DNA of 64,000 nucleotides from Vicugna vicugna (lineage: Eukaryota). Positions 35,721 to 49,377 of this stretch are shown piece after piece; position 1 is the stretch's first letter, and each line of letters opens with the position of its first letter. Position numbers and translations under genes: made by a program. Where the stretch lies: NCBI GenBank assembly GCA_013265495.1, contig MU057887.1:1065985-1129984 (forward strand), read 5' to 3'. Under the pieces are notes generated by a model. That model was not told where the DNA came from. It worked only from the letters and a program-made list of their open reading frames with translations, and searched no databases.

Positions 35721-38700
35721 CTCTGCCATCTTGTACTCATGCCTGTTACGTGTCCTCCCCTCTAACTGGTTCCCTGAAATTCAAAATTCCATTTCAGACC
35801 CCCCACCCCCACAGCTTCCGTGAAATAAGTCCTTGCAAAAACTGCAGGGGAAAGGCAGACGCCAACCCCATTTATTTTTAAGATCCGAAGCGACAGGCTT
35901 TCGAGATCACAATAAAAATGAATGTTTGTTATTTCACAGTAGCTGCATGTCCAATTATAATTTGAACGAATGTTTCGGGAGGTATTAATAAGCACGGCCT
36001 ACTCTTTCATGCTCGGTTGTGTCGGGGTTTTTTGTGGCGGTCTCATTATTACTATTATTATTAATTATTATTTTAATTTTTGATAGTGCCAGGAGTGGCA
36101 AAGCGAAAAGCATCAGAAACGTGCACGCTCCTCCCAGCAAACTCTGGCCGGCAGGGCCAGGCTGGCACACGGGAGGGTGAATTCTGCTTTGAGAAACAGA
36201 GGTCCTTTCATTTTGTCCGGCATCTTTAATGCTGCCGTGTCCACAGTTTAGCGATCCAGTTCTTTCTCCCTTTCATTTCATTTTATTTTGGGGGGAGGGA
36301 GAAAAGGAGGCTCTTTTTGGCTCTCAGCTTAGCGTGGGGGAAATATTTTAGGTTGTTTTGGCCTTTGTTTTTTTAAGCACTTATTTAATCTGAGGGGTTC
36401 CAGCTAACATTGTTGGGCCTGGTTCATAACCGCCCTGCCCACAGACAGCTCACAGGGTGCACGTGGGCACGTCCACCAGACTGACCCTCGGGGGCCCTGA
36501 GTGGTTCCAGGGCCTGCCTGTGCCCTGATCCGGTCCTGGTTTCCCATCTGCAGAGCTGTGGCCCGAGACATTCTGACCATCCAGGGCCTGAGCTGTGGCC
36601 CAGGGGGCATGGAGTGAGTCCCTTGAAGACCTTTGAGTCCCCGGGCCACGCTGCCACTGCTGCCCGGGAGCTGGATTCCGGGGCTCCCCGAGTTTCTCTG
36701 TTGGTCCCTGAACCTTTTCATTTAAAAGGTGGGCTTTGCAGCGTTCATCTCGGGGCTCACCTTCGTCCCCTGGCAGCCTGACAAAAGCACCCGCAGATGC
36801 AGCCTGGTTTCCCCACATTTAAGGGTAGCCAGGGTTTTGATTTATGGAAAATGGAAAACTGGGCCCAGAAAGTTCTAAATTGCAACCCAGAGGAAAATTC
36901 CCAAGTAAGTACCTTTTTGTTTTCCTGACGGAGAGGCATCTGGGTCCTGTTTGTGCAGGCCTGAGCAGCCGGCCGGAGCAGACACCACCAAATACTGAAA
37001 CTGAGCTCGGCACCCACAGGAGTATCCACAGCTGCTTTTGTCCTGAGATGGGACGGCAGTTGGTACTGGAAGATTTGGGGTTCCAGAGACAGGGGTATGT
37101 AAGCAGAGACGATTAGAACATCTTCGTGACTGTGACAGCCACATTCTGCTGCTGTAAGCTGGGGGGTCTTTCCACCCGAATATTTAGCAAGCACCAAATA
37201 AAACCCTGGTGACGAAGTAAAAGTACTAGGAAGAAAAGAGTGTACTAGATTCTAAAGGCTCAGAAGAGTCAAGAGTGTAGAGAGACTGACTGGTGGGAGA
37301 GTGGGGAGGAGGGTGGTCATTTTTAAAGGATTTTTACCTTTACTAGCTGCCCACTTATCTTTTAAAAAAATTTTTGGTGTAATCAATGTAGATGAACAGG
37401 CCTTTAATCCTAAATCCTGGAATGATGGGTAGTCAAATTTCCTGAGCATTAATTCTTTTTTGGACAAGGTAGGGGCAAGTAGCATAAGATAATTAATTTC
37501 CAATAAATGAGCATTTTCATTCTAAATTAGTATTTTCCACCGAGATTATGCTCCTCTAGTGGTTTAATGTATACAGATAACACATTTTCCAGCGTGCACC
37601 TTACGTAGCTGGAATAGCTTAATGTGATTAGTTATCATCTTAGTTTTTTTAACTTGGGTAATAATATTTTACGTCCCCCAAATCGGTAAAATTCCACAGA
37701 AGCTTTTTTTTTTTAATCAGGCAGAAAATATCAGCATTCTCCATGGCAGCCAGCACTTCTCAGCAATATTTTTTTTTTAAAGAAAGTACCACACATAGCA
37801 GTTTTCACATCATTGCTTCTATATAAATTCCACTATAGACTGAAATTATACATCCTCACAGCACAGATGGGCTGGTCTGTCATTATGACTGCCGGGTCCT
37901 TGTTGGAACACATAGCATATTTCAATTGTGGAGTCGACAATTTCGAAGAACTGAGGTCAAAATAAACAAGTTGCATTTACGTATAAAAACAGTCTTATTA
38001 AGTGATCTTCTGATCTCCTCAAATATTTGGTAGAGGAACAACCATCACCTTCATTAAAATTTAATTTAAAATTGGAGCTTCACCTGCACCTCACAGGACT
38101 CCAAATGCCTGATGTCAAAGGGCCTTAAATGTTTTAATTAATTACGAATTTTATCTTGTTTTGCATCATGAACAGCATTACACTAGATTTACATTAAAAA
38201 TTACAGGGTTTAGGACTTTTGATTTGAATATTGTCTTAATCTCTGTAGGGAAGACATGAACTCTTTCACTGTTCTATATGGACTTAAAAAAATTTTTTCA
38301 AGATGTTTTTGAAAAATCAGATGATAAATATTTTGCATGGTCTAAAGGTATGTGTAAATCCAAACTTAAAAAAAAAAATTCAACAGGTAAACTGCAAAGT
38401 GTAGCTATAAACTTAAAAAAAAATTATCTTGCCGAGATAACAAAGTGCAAAATTTATTGGTCCATATCAACGCACATGAGGGCAGAGTGGTTTTACAGCC
38501 ACAGTAATTTGCAAATGATGATAACTGTTTATTTTGTGAATTTGCTCACATCATGATGTAATCGGTTCTGAGGGTTCTTTTCCCGCCCCCTCCTTATTTT
38601 GAAGGGTTTGCGTCGGCGTGTCTGAATTCTGGATTCAGGCTCCGCCGCCCTCAGCCTCCGAGGCCGTCCCTGGCTGGGGCAGCAGCCCCAGAGTCAGCCG

Positions 38701-39244
38701 CGCTGAGTGGGAGAAGGGTGCTTCCCTCTGCATGTCTTGAGTGCTCCCGACACCCTCCCGTCTGTCAGTAGCAGTGCTTTGTTGTGGCTTGTTTATTTTA
38801 AGGAAGCTACCTGTTGGTGGAGACGTTGGGGGAATAATAGGAAAAGTGAAACGTGGATGAAATTTGCCCAAGACGTTTGGCAGCTGCTTTCTGTAGTGGC
38901 TCTGCTCTCGGATTTTTTAACCACGTCATCCTTTCTGGATTAGTTCTTGGGCGTGCGTCTCCACATCAGAACTATATCGATTAGCAGCCCTGTGAATATG
39001 GCTCTGGTCTGGGGCTCTCAAAGATCAGGCAAATGAAGCCGCCCAGCCCTCCCAAGCCAGGGTCTCAGAATACCGGTGGTCACAGTAACCATGCCATGGT
39101 GATGGCAGTTAGGACAGTACGCGCACTGTGTGCAGCGCACCATGCCAGGCTCCCTCCACATTTGGAAGAGGAGGATGAAGGAGAGGGTGAGCTCCAGAAC
39201 TCATGGCCTGGGTGTAAATGGAAGTGTTTTAATTTCCTGGCAGT

Positions 39245-39400
39245 GCTGATCAAGGGCAAGTCATTTCACCTTTCTGTGTCTCAGTTTCCTCATCTGTAAA
39301 ATGGGGACAGTAAGTGTCCCTGCTTTGTAATAATACATGTAAAGCACTTGGCACAGCATTTCATCTATAGCGAGCACCCCATAAATGCTATTAATTCTTG
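39245..39400 (+). mobile_element. MIR SINE
   Basis: Near-consensus core GGGCAAGTCATTTCACCTTTCTGTGTCTCAGTTTCCTCATCTGTAAAATGGGGA and 3' part ATGTAAAGCACTTGGCACAG...ATAAATGCTA. Confidence 0.9.
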
Positions 39401-41619
39401 ATTTATGTTTGAGTTTTGGAAATGCCTGCAAGGCGGGGGTCATCATGGCCTCTTCTAGGGAGGCACTGAGCCTCGGAAGTTCAACCAGCTGATGAGGGTT
39501 GGAATGGGATTCGAACCCAAAGCCTTCTGCATTAAATGATAGTGTGGAATTGTGTGCCTACACGGCCGCCTGATGTGGATGGCATGCCTGGGCCTGTGCA
39601 CCTTGGTGCTGGAACATGTGTACAGACACACAGGTGTCCTGTGCTCCCTGGTCCCTGGGCCACCCCGGAGATGTCTGGTCAGGCGTCCCATGGCCCCCTG
39701 GGGTGGGTCGTCCTCCACAGCCCAGGGCTGGCCCACGCCAGCGATGGGTGGACAGGCCGCCCAGGTGCTGGGCTCTGGTGGGTGAAGTAAGGCCTGTTGG
39801 CCGGGCCGGCTACACTCTGGGCCCTGGCCAGGCACCCGCTGTCTCCTCGGAGGGGGCAGGCCGTTCCGGACGCCGGCCATTTGCAGACTAGGAGGAATGG
39901 CATTGAGCCTCCAGCCCAGGAGAGGAAATGGCGGCGCGGGCAGGCCCAGGACAGGATCCGGGAAGGCGGGCCGAGGGCGGGGGCGGCCGGAAGGCCTGGG
40001 GTGGGCCAGTCATCTTGCCGGTGCCCTCTTCCAAGAAGCGGGCAGCAGGGCCGGCCTTTCGTGCAGGTCTGCGGGTGCGCACATGTGTGTGCATGTATGC
40101 ACGCATGCCTGCATGCCGGGCTCGGGCCCTGAGCTGCACACCTGGGAGCTTTAGCAGGTCCAGTTTCCCCACCAGGAACATGGTAGGGACTGGGGGAACC
40201 TGATGTGACGACGTGAACCCCTAGCCCACTTTTGGGCAAACAAGTCCTTGAGGCTGACTCTTACCACCAGGCCTTGGTTCTCTCATCTTTAAAGTGGGGG
40301 TGACAGCATCAGCCTCGGGAAGCCGTCAGACGCAGTGAGGGAGAGGTCCCGGAGGCAAGCGGCCGGCCTGTTTTATCCCATAAGGAGGAGACCAGAGGCC
40401 GGGGCTCTCAGGTGAGCTGCCTGCCCATCTTGGCCTCAGTTTCCCCTCCCTGAGGCAGAGGAAAATCCCTTGTTAGATGATGTCACCTGCCACTGACGGG
40501 AGCAGGTTTTGGGGGGACCTGGAGAAGGATCAGGTCTCTGGTCCCTGTGACTCTGGGTGGATGGGAGGCAGAGGCCGGGCCTGCCGACCCCAGAAGGGAG
40601 CCGGGGGTGGGTCCCGGGGTCTGGGGCTGGCTGCTCCAGCCTGTGGGCCTGTGCGCGGGAACCTCTGGCCCGTTTCCTGGGAGCCCGGCCCTGCCCGGGA
40701 TTCCTGCGGTGGGTGTGCCCACACTTCCGGTGGCCGTGGGCGGAGGCCCCGGAGGCCCGCGAGGAGTTCCCGCCCGCCCGGCCTCCTGGCTGTGCTGCTT
40801 CTGTCGCTCGATGGGACGATAGGACGGGACGATGGGACGCGGAGCCCCACCTGAGTCCGCAGTGCTGGGTCCAGGCGGGCGGCCCCCCGCCCTCTGGCCG
40901 GGCTCGGGCACCTGGGCCGGGGCAATGGAGGCCTCCTGCGGCCGCGAGGGGGCTTGGCGGTGCAGAGAGGGCCTCCAGCTCGTGCCTTTGTCGTGAAGGC
41001 ACAGCTAGTGAGTGGCCCCGCGCCAACACTCCCGGGGCTCCCAGCACCGGGGTTGGGGGGGTGGCCTCGAGGGTCTCAGCTTCAGCCCTGGGTGCTCCTG
41101 CCTGGCCTGTGACCAGCGCCAGCGGGTGGCTCATGCGAACAGCCTCCAGGTGGCTGCTCGTGGGCCCAGCAGCGTGGCAGGCCCCCACAGCCCACAGCCT
41201 TGGAGGATGCCTCGAGGGACAGGCGCGGCGCCGCTCTCAGTGTCCAGCTGCCAGGGGAGGGGTGAGTGAGACCGGCTGGGGCAGGACCAGCGCTGGGAGC
41301 AGAGTGACAGAAATCCCCTGCCTTGGCCCGCTGGAGAGACCCAGGGGCCACACTTCTCTCCTTCAAGGGAGGCCAGCTCACGTCTGATGTTGCAAACAGG
41401 ACTCAGCTCCCTGAGGGGAGACGACCTTCAGTGACCTACTAAGTGCCAGGCCCAGGGCTGCGTACTTTAATCCTTTTTTTCAAACAGCCATTTTAAAATT
41501 TAATATACCCAATTCTATTTCATTTCAACATCCAGTCAGAGCCAGCGTGTACCAGCGCTGCCCTGGTGCTGGAATAGGGCTCTGACAGGTCGCCTGCATC
41601 CCTCCCTGTGTGGAAGGTG

Positions 41620-41735
41620 GGTGTTAACGGTTCTCGGACTGAGAAAACTGAAGTTCAGAGAAGCCAAGGCACGTCCCCAGAGTCACACAGCTAGCAGGTG
41701 ACAAAGATGGACCCCAAATGCAGGTCTCTGGCTGC
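41620..41735 (-). mobile_element. MIR SINE
   Basis: TGAGAAAACTGAAGTTCAGAGAAG...CCCAGAGTCACACAGCTAGCAGGTGACA. Confidence 0.75.
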
Positions 41736-43534
41736 AGGACCCACACTCTCCCCAGCAGGGTGGGAGCAGCCCGGCACAGGGTTCCTGTTTGTGGTCAGCC
41801 TCTCACAGGTGCTGGCCTCGGCAGGCTCTCCCCGGAGACCCGTCACCAGGAAGACCAGTCTTTTGGGCGGGAGTTCTGTCCCAAAGGAGAGCCAGGATTT
41901 GCCTCCATCCCTCTCCTCCTGGGCATCATACATTGTGCTGGTTCTGGGGTCCCCAGGGCCTGTCCCCAGGATCTAGGGCCTGCTGGTTGCCCTGAAAGGC
42001 CCCCGGGCATCCTGCTGGGTGAGGGCTCCAGGCCTTTGGGCTGAGAGCACTGGCGGGTATGGACAGCAAGCAGCACACAGTGTGGCCACAGGTGACGGGA
42101 AGGTGGGAACATGGGGCCGTCCTTCTGCTCAGTGTTCCTACTGTCCACCGGGGGACAGGTACGAGGCTGCAGGCCCAGGTGATCTCTGAAACTACAGAGA
42201 GTTTAGCCCTCAAGCGCTGGGAGTAAAACCTTTGAGAGATGCTATAAAAACCCCAAACAGGCAAGACCGTTTTGCAGTCTTGAGCATTCTCAAAATGGTC
42301 CTTTCTGTTTGGTGCCAAATCCAGGCCCTTCCACTGTAGCAGGAACCTGCGGTGTAGACCATGAGCCCAGGGGTTTTCTCAGGTTTTTCACAGTGAGCCC
42401 CATTGCAGGCACTGACTGCTCTCCCGTGGATGTGCACATGCCTTGTCTTGGGGTCTGTGGTGGGGCCAGGAGCTGGGTGTCCCTGGTGCTGAGGTCTGCT
42501 GCAAGACTGGGTCCCAGGGTGAGGGCACTTCCTCAGGTGAGGGCAGAACAGAGGTGCCAGGGTGCCGTGGCTGGGCCAGGAGAAGCTCTTGTGAAACCGA
42601 TCTCTGCAGGCGAACGGGGACCCTGTCCTGTCTGAGAGACCCCACTGTCGGTCTCCGTCTGTGTGGCCCCCTGTGGCGTGCTCCTGTCCCTGATTCCACA
42701 GGTCTCAGAGAGGCTGGGGCACAAGCTTTGGGCAGGCCCTGGCTCAGGGTGCGGGAGGGGACGGGCAGCACTGTCCAGGGACCGAATGGGGCAGACCTGG
42801 TGGAGCACTGGGTCTCGGGCCTGAGGGGCTAGCGCGTGACTGGCGGGTCTGCCCCCACCCACCTGCTCACAGGCAGGGGGCCCTCTGGGAGGCCCAGACC
42901 CAAGCTGAGAGGGTGCCAGGCTGGGGTGGGCCCAGCTGGGTGGGGAGCAGAGTTAGTCTGGAACACCCCTTGCAAGTGCCCGGGGAATCCAGGAAGCCTC
43001 CTGGAGGTGGCAAACCCACGGCCCCCGGCTTGTTACCGAGTCCAGCCCCAGGCCTGCCACGTCCCAGGGCCCTGCTGCCAGGCGTAGTGCCGCCCCTCCC
43101 ACCGCCCCACGCCAGCCCTGCACAGGCCACATCTGCTGTGGCAGCCATGCCAGAGCTCCGCCTCCTCCTCCGTCCCCATGGAAACCGGGGTGGGGAGGGC
43201 CTACAGCATTTGGCCCACTGACTGGTTTCCATTAGAGCAGGTCTACCTTCCTTGAGACTTGCCCCTGAAGTTCAGGGCCTGCCCCCCGGGGTTTCTTCCC
43301 TGCATTTACTGAGCACTGGCCTCTACCGCACCGGGGGACCCAGCGGCCTGGGCCCGCCTGTCCTGGCTGACATCCCTCAGTGGAGTGAGCACCCAGAGTC
43401 CCGCCCAGGGCTGCGACGGCTCTTGGGCCTAACAGGCTGCAGGCCCAGACCCCGTCTCTTCTTGCCAGGCCCAGGCCCAGCAGCTGCTGAGGTTCAGACG
43501 CGGGGCCCGAGTCGGGCTCCTGTCCCGGCCATCC

Positions 43535-43630
43535 CGGGGACCATGAACAAGCCCCCTCCTGTCTCTGGGCCTCGGTTTACCACCTATAAAATGAAAGGGT
43601 AGACGGTTTTCTCCAGGTTCTCACTGTGCC
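43535..43630 (+). mobile_element. MIR/MIR3 fragment
   Basis: GACCATGAACAAG...TCTCTGGGCCTCGGTTTACCACCTATAAAATGAAAGGG. Confidence 0.65.
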
Positions 43631-44449
43631 CTTAAGAGAAAGAGAAAGAGAAAACGAAGCTGCAGCAACGCCCGCCTCCTGGAGTCTAAGTTCTGGGATT
43701 TTTGTTTGTTTTCAAAGGGGGATTTTTTTTTTTTTTAAAGGAAGGAGCCATGGAATTTGACTGGAGACCAAATTTGAGAGGCCGAGGCCAGCCAGAGCCT
43801 GCGGACCAAGGGCACGGGAAGGCCCGGCTCGGCCTCGGGCGGCCGGAGGCCTGTGCAGCTGTGCCCGCCGGGCTCCACATGGCGCCTGCTGGGTGCCCAG
43901 TGACCTGGCTGTGAGCGCAGTGAGCGGAGGCATGAAACGTGCCCCTGACGGAACCAGAAGGCTCTGCAGAACTATCCGAGAGGTTTCTGCAGGCCAGAAC
44001 TGTGGACAGAAAATGAGATCCAGCTTAAAAAAAAACGGCCAGTCATCCTCCAGGGATATGGGGGGGCCTGCGAGAGGCCCGGGGGCCGCTGGTGCTCGGT
44101 TACCTCTGCAGCGCTCGTGCAAGGCTGGTCTGCAGCAGCTACCCCAGACCCAGCCTGGCAGCCGGGTGGAGGAGCCGTCTTCCCCGCTTCTTGGGCATCA
44201 CGAGTTTCACAGCAGATGATGAGTGACAACTTGGGGACTTTTTGCCCCACCTGCCAAATGGGTGGTTTGGCTCCTCCCATGAGAACTCTCAGCTCCCACT
44301 TGCTTGCCATGAAATGTCACAGATGTCATGGGGGCCAGTCTCTGCTGGGTGTCTGCCACTGGCACACTGCGGACACTTCCCAGCTTATGACAAGGAGCAG
44401 ACCCGCGGGGGCCCCGGGGGTGCCTGTCAGAGCAGTGGGGAGAGGTCTG

Positions 44450-44555
44450 CTGCGTGGTCTGGGACGGTGCTTTCCTCCCTGGGCCTCGGCATCCTCAGCT
44501 GTAAAATGGGGATAGTAGCCCCGACCTGTTGGCTCAGTGTAAAAACCAGATGAGA
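44450..44555 (+). mobile_element. MIR fragment
   Basis: CCTCCCTGGGCCTCGGCATCCTCAGCTGTAAAATGGGGATAGTAG. Confidence 0.7.
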
Positions 44556-46299
44556 GCTGCGGTCAGGGCTGGATACGTGGAAGGTGGCGGCACAGAACGG
44601 CATCCACCCTCACGTCCCCGTCGGGAGTGCGGCAGGCCACACGTCTTCGATTGCCTCAGACCCGCAGTGGGGCCGACCCTCCCCCAGCCCACCTCCAGGG
44701 AGAGTGCGGACACACTGACATTTCTCAAGGTCACCTGGAACTTCTGGCCCTGGGTAGCCAGCACGACGGTGTGTCCTCTTCCTCGTCTGAGCCATGGGGC
44801 TGAGTCCATCCCCCACTCGGCTTCGGACCGGCCTCCCACCCGAGTCCGCCAGAGTGTGCCGACCGATCGCGGTGGCAGGAGGAGCAGCCGACAGGCCCTG
44901 GGGACACGGTCACTGCAGCTCAAAGGGCAGGGTGGTGGCATCTTCAGTTTTCTGTCCTGGGCGGGAACAAAACTGGTTTGAACGATGGTGCCCCGGCCTG
45001 CCCTCCCGGTAAAAGTAGGCCGGGGGAGTGAGCTCGGAGGAGCTGGCTGCTGTGCTGGCCGAGGCTGATTTAGACGTACGGGGAGACTGGGATAATGTAG
45101 GAAATGAAGGGAATTTCCCCAGGGAAAGGGGGAAGAGAAGAAAGAGGAGCTTAAGTGCCCAGATAATTATAAAGCCTGGCGTGGTGATTTATGGCTACGG
45201 GCGGGCTCCTCTGGTCAGCTCCACTGCCCCTCCCGCCTCAGTCCTCTGCACCCAAGACCCGCAGGTGGGGGAGCAGCGAGGCCAGCAGGTGCTGCCCAGC
45301 ACCCCGGCTCGGCCTGTGTCACGGGGACAGCCCTCTGTGTGCCGGCCCTGACGTCTGCTATCTGGGGTGACTTCACGGAGCCCCAATGTGCCACTAGCCG
45401 GAAAGCCGAGGTCTGGGAGGCTGAGCCCCTCACATCGATCGGATTGTGCCCGAGCCAGACCAGCCAGTGTCCCAAACTCCAGACCCTTCCCTCTGCCCAC
45501 AGCTGCGTGTGGGGCCTCGGGCCGCCGGGGCCTGGGAGGCAGTCCATGAGAAAGATGACAAGTCAGGGTGGGGCTGGCAGCTGTCACTGTTGGTGCCACA
45601 GGAGGGGGACAGCCAAGACCATGGAGGTGGGCAGAAGCAAAAAGGTGCATTTTTTGGCTGGAATCTGGGGCTGCTTGGTCTGAACTAGAGGAGAGACATG
45701 CACCGGCCAGGATGCAGGAGAGGCCACTGCCGGCCCAGGCGGGCTGCTGGGCGGTGCGCCACTTAGGGCCTGACCTTGGATGGCTCCACTGGGGGCTTCA
45801 CTCTGCTGTGACCGCACCCGTTCCCTCCCTCCTGCTAAAACTCCGGGGGGATGTCTCCACAGCTGCAGACCTGCCCTGTCATCCTCGACTCCCTTCCTTG
45901 CCACACCCAGACCATCCCAGGTCCTTCCTGTTCTCCCGTCTTTCAACATTTCCCCAACATCCTTCTCCACCTGCCAGACAGTGCCCAAGTCTTGCCCATC
46001 CAGGAATGACCGCAAGGCAGGCCTCTGCCCTGTCACCCATCCTGCAGGGTCTCCTCCAGCTCCCAGCCGAAGTCCAGTCTCCCCTTCATGGGACTCGAGA
46101 GGCTCCCGACTGCCTGCCCTGTCCCCTTCCACAGCACTGCCCCTCACCTCTCCAGACTGTGGCACAGAATCGCCTCCTCCTGGAAGCCCTCTCCACTCCA
46201 CGTGCCCACTGTGCTGCGACCCACTGCCCAGAGTTGGGGGATCAGTCATGAGTGTGTCTGCCCTGGGAGACTGGGCACCTCGGAAAGGACGGGTCAGAA

Positions 46300-46352
46300 T
46301 CACCAGCTTGGCACAGGGCAGGCTCTTGGGGAGCATTTTATGAATGAACGAA
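46300..46352 (+). mobile_element. LINE-2 3' end; the element may extend further upstream
   Basis: CTTGGCACAGGGCAGGCTCT...AGCATTTTATGAATGAACGAA resembles the L2 terminus with a (TGAA)n tail. Confidence 0.5.
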
Positions 46353-48964
46353 ATGGAATCCAGAGACTGAAATGGAAGAAGAGGAGGAGACTGGGCTCCA
46401 AGCTGCCTCACGAGGCACCTAGCTCGCGCACTGGCCTGTGGGCCGGGGTGCTCAGAGACCCGGCGGATGGAGTTCATCTTTCCTCCTGCACCAAATACGT
46501 TCCTTGTGAGGGCGAATCCGAGGGGCTTGTGAAACACACTCGTCACAGATGATGTGATGCCGCCCGACGGACAGGTTAGAACTCTGAACGCCTGTGGCCC
46601 AGAGGGAGCACTGCAGGTGAGGCTGCAAGACCTTAGAGGTGCCCATGGACGGCCGTGGGGCCTCTTCCTCCGAGATCTCGGCGTGAAAGACGGATCCGGC
46701 CGCCCATCAGATGTCATCAGTGGAATGCAGCACATTCTGTTCATCTAGATTAGATATTTCCAGTTCGCAGATTTCCTGCCCGATCCTGCCCCTCACTGGG
46801 GTCATCTTCCTCCAGGAGGTGATCACAAGCCACGAGCCCCTCACCTCCCATCCCTGGGCAGTGGCCGGTTTCTGCTGGGCCAGCTCTGGGTGGGACCGGC
46901 GGCAGCCCTTGTCTTCCCACCACTCACCGTCACAATGCAAAAGGGTGTCAGCACCCAGCACCCTTCCAGGGGCTTGGCTTGGCATCTTTGTCCAGCTGAG
47001 GAGGGTCTGGGACAATGTCCATTCAGGCCGTTTAAAAGTACCTTGGGGAGATGACCGCTGACCAGAGGGCAGGGGCCTGGGTAGCATCCCCAGCGCTGTC
47101 ATAGACCTGCTGTGAGACGTCGGGCCAGCCCCTCTGCTGCCGCGAGCCTCAGTTTCCCCACCTGCCACACAATCTCTCTGTCCTCCACCTCCAACATTGG
47201 GGGGTCTCTGGAAGGTTCTAAGAGGCCGGGTCCGAGGTGCCTGCCTCAGGCATGTGAAAGCACGTCTGGGCTTTGGGCTGGGACCTCGCTTCGGGGGGTC
47301 TCCCTGGGGAGCAAGGAAGGACTTGTGCGGAAAGATGAGAGGTGTCCATCCTAGCGTCTGTCGCAAAGGTGGGAACCTGGAGCAGCCACTCTCCCGGGCC
47401 TGGCTGTGTGGGGTGAGCAGTTGTGATCCTTGTGATGAGGTCCCCTGGCGGGAGGGGTTCCCTGGCAGTTCGGGAGGACACACCGGCTGGCTCTGGCTGG
47501 CGCTGGCCTTTACAGCCTCGTCCCTGGAGGGAGTGTGCTGTGTGCTGGGCTCACAGCACAGGGTGCCGAGCTTGACTGCCTCTTTCTCCTTTTCTCAGTT
47601 TTGCAAAATAGTGTTTAATGAGCATCTACTCCTTTTGCAATGGAAAGAAATCATTTAAGTAACAAAAGTAAGCGCTTGGCCAGAGTGAGACTGACAGGCC
47701 CAAATTCTCTCTGCGCATTTTCCTGAAAAGAGAGACCTTGCAAAAGGTGCGGGTGGTCACAGTGGGGACAGCACCGGCATCCGGAAGCGTTTTGTCCTTT
47801 TAAAAGGAGCAGAGGTGACTGGGGGGCGGGGGTGCTCTGAGATGGGGTCCTGGGGAGGCTCTGGGGCAGAGCCCATCCTCTGGATGAGTGTTAGGGATGT
47901 TCCAAGTCTGCTGCCTGGAAACGCCCCTTCAGGGAAAGCAGGACCCCGTTTTGTGTTCGCGCTAGCACCACGGCCCCGCTGTTTTGCCGTTCCAGATACT
48001 GACCTCCTTTGTGACAAACCAACCCCACTTAGCAGATTGGCGTCTGGCAACGGCCTGCTTTCCAGAACAGACTTGGGGATTAGCCTGGTGCTGGCTGCCT
48101 TTTGTGAGGACCTACTATGTGTGCCGGCCAAGCTCTTGGGATTTCGCATTCATTCATCGCCTCTGATGACAGCTTTGGATGGTAGGTGTAAACGGGCCCC
48201 CTTTTAAGATACAAAATAGGCTCAGAGAGGCCAGGCTCCTGGCAGCTGCACAGCCCAGAAGATTCTGGAGCCCAGGCTCTCCCCAGGGCTGGCGGCTCTG
48301 TCACTAGGTGCCGTGTCCTTGGGGATTTGGGCCCACCTGTGCCCTGGCCGCTCTGCCTGCCGTGGTAGCCGTCGGCTCCCCATGTCCCTGCTGGAGCTCT
48401 TCCGGCCCAAGTGAAGTGGTGGGGTTGGGCACAGACCCTGGTTGTGTATCTGGTGACTCAGGGAGGCTGGAGGCTGTGGCCGCCCGCGGGCTCGCTGGCT
48501 GACTTCTGACCCCTCCCAATCTGTCCTGGGCCCCTCTGAGGGCTTGGGGGCCGAGCACAGCACCACCCAGGGCCAGGTCTCAGTCCTGCCCACTGCATGT
48601 CTGCACAGAAACTGAGGGTTGCTCCATGCACGATCTGTTAGCACCTTTCTCCTGCAGTGGCCGCTAAGAGGAGCCAGGCTGAATGCTGAAGACAAGTGTG
48701 GACAAGGCAGGGCTGAGCCTCCGGGGGTCTGTGTGCCTTTGGGCTCGGCCCTGCAGCTGGGCCAACATCAAGGTTCCTGCCGGTGCTCAGAGCCTCCTGC
48801 CCAAGGCCTGGCCCCAGCTGTGTCTGCTCTGGCCCGGGCCCTGGCGCGTTGGTCAGTTGTCAGACAAGAGGCTGGGGGCAATTTCTCCAGGCACTGGAGT
48901 ACGGAGTAACTTCTCTTACATCCCCGAAGCGTGCGGGGGGATCGACACTGAGCCCCACTGTGCC

Positions 48965-49105
48965 GCGTGCGTCATGTCTAATCCCGCGTGTAAGTCTGAG
49001 GAAGCCGGCATTGCTGTCCCGTGTTACAGATGAGGAGACTGAGGCCCGGGGAGGTGAAGGGGCTTGTCACAAGGACAGAGCTGAGATGGGAACCCAGTGG
49101 CCCCT
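48965..49105 (-). mobile_element. MIR SINE
   Basis: TTACAGATGAGGAGACTGAGGCCCGGGGAGGTGAAGGGGCTTGTCACAAGG. Confidence 0.8.
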
Positions 49106-49343
49106 GGCCACCCTGCAGATGGACGCAGGAATGTTCTGGAGTCCAGAGATACTCGTGGACGGGTGAGGAGGGCCCGGGGTAGGACAGGCACCAGCCTCCG
49201 GGGCATCCTGCTGGGCCTGGTGCTGATTCCAGCCTCAGCGGGCCAGAGCCTTCCAGAGGACAGAACTGCATCTCAACAAAGAACCACCAAGAGGGCCTGG
49301 GCTGGCCCTGCCATCCGAGGGCCCGCACCATGGGGACGGGCTC

Positions 49344-49377
49344 TGAGTGGTGCCGGCCCCTGAGTGGTGCCGGCCCC
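49344..49377. repeat. Perfect 17-bp tandem duplication (TGAGTGGTGCCGGCCCC x2)
   Basis: Read directly. Confidence 0.9.

Noticed and set aside
45584..46744. 386-aa minus-strand ORF
   Set aside because: No recognisable homology, and it crosses an L2-like remnant.
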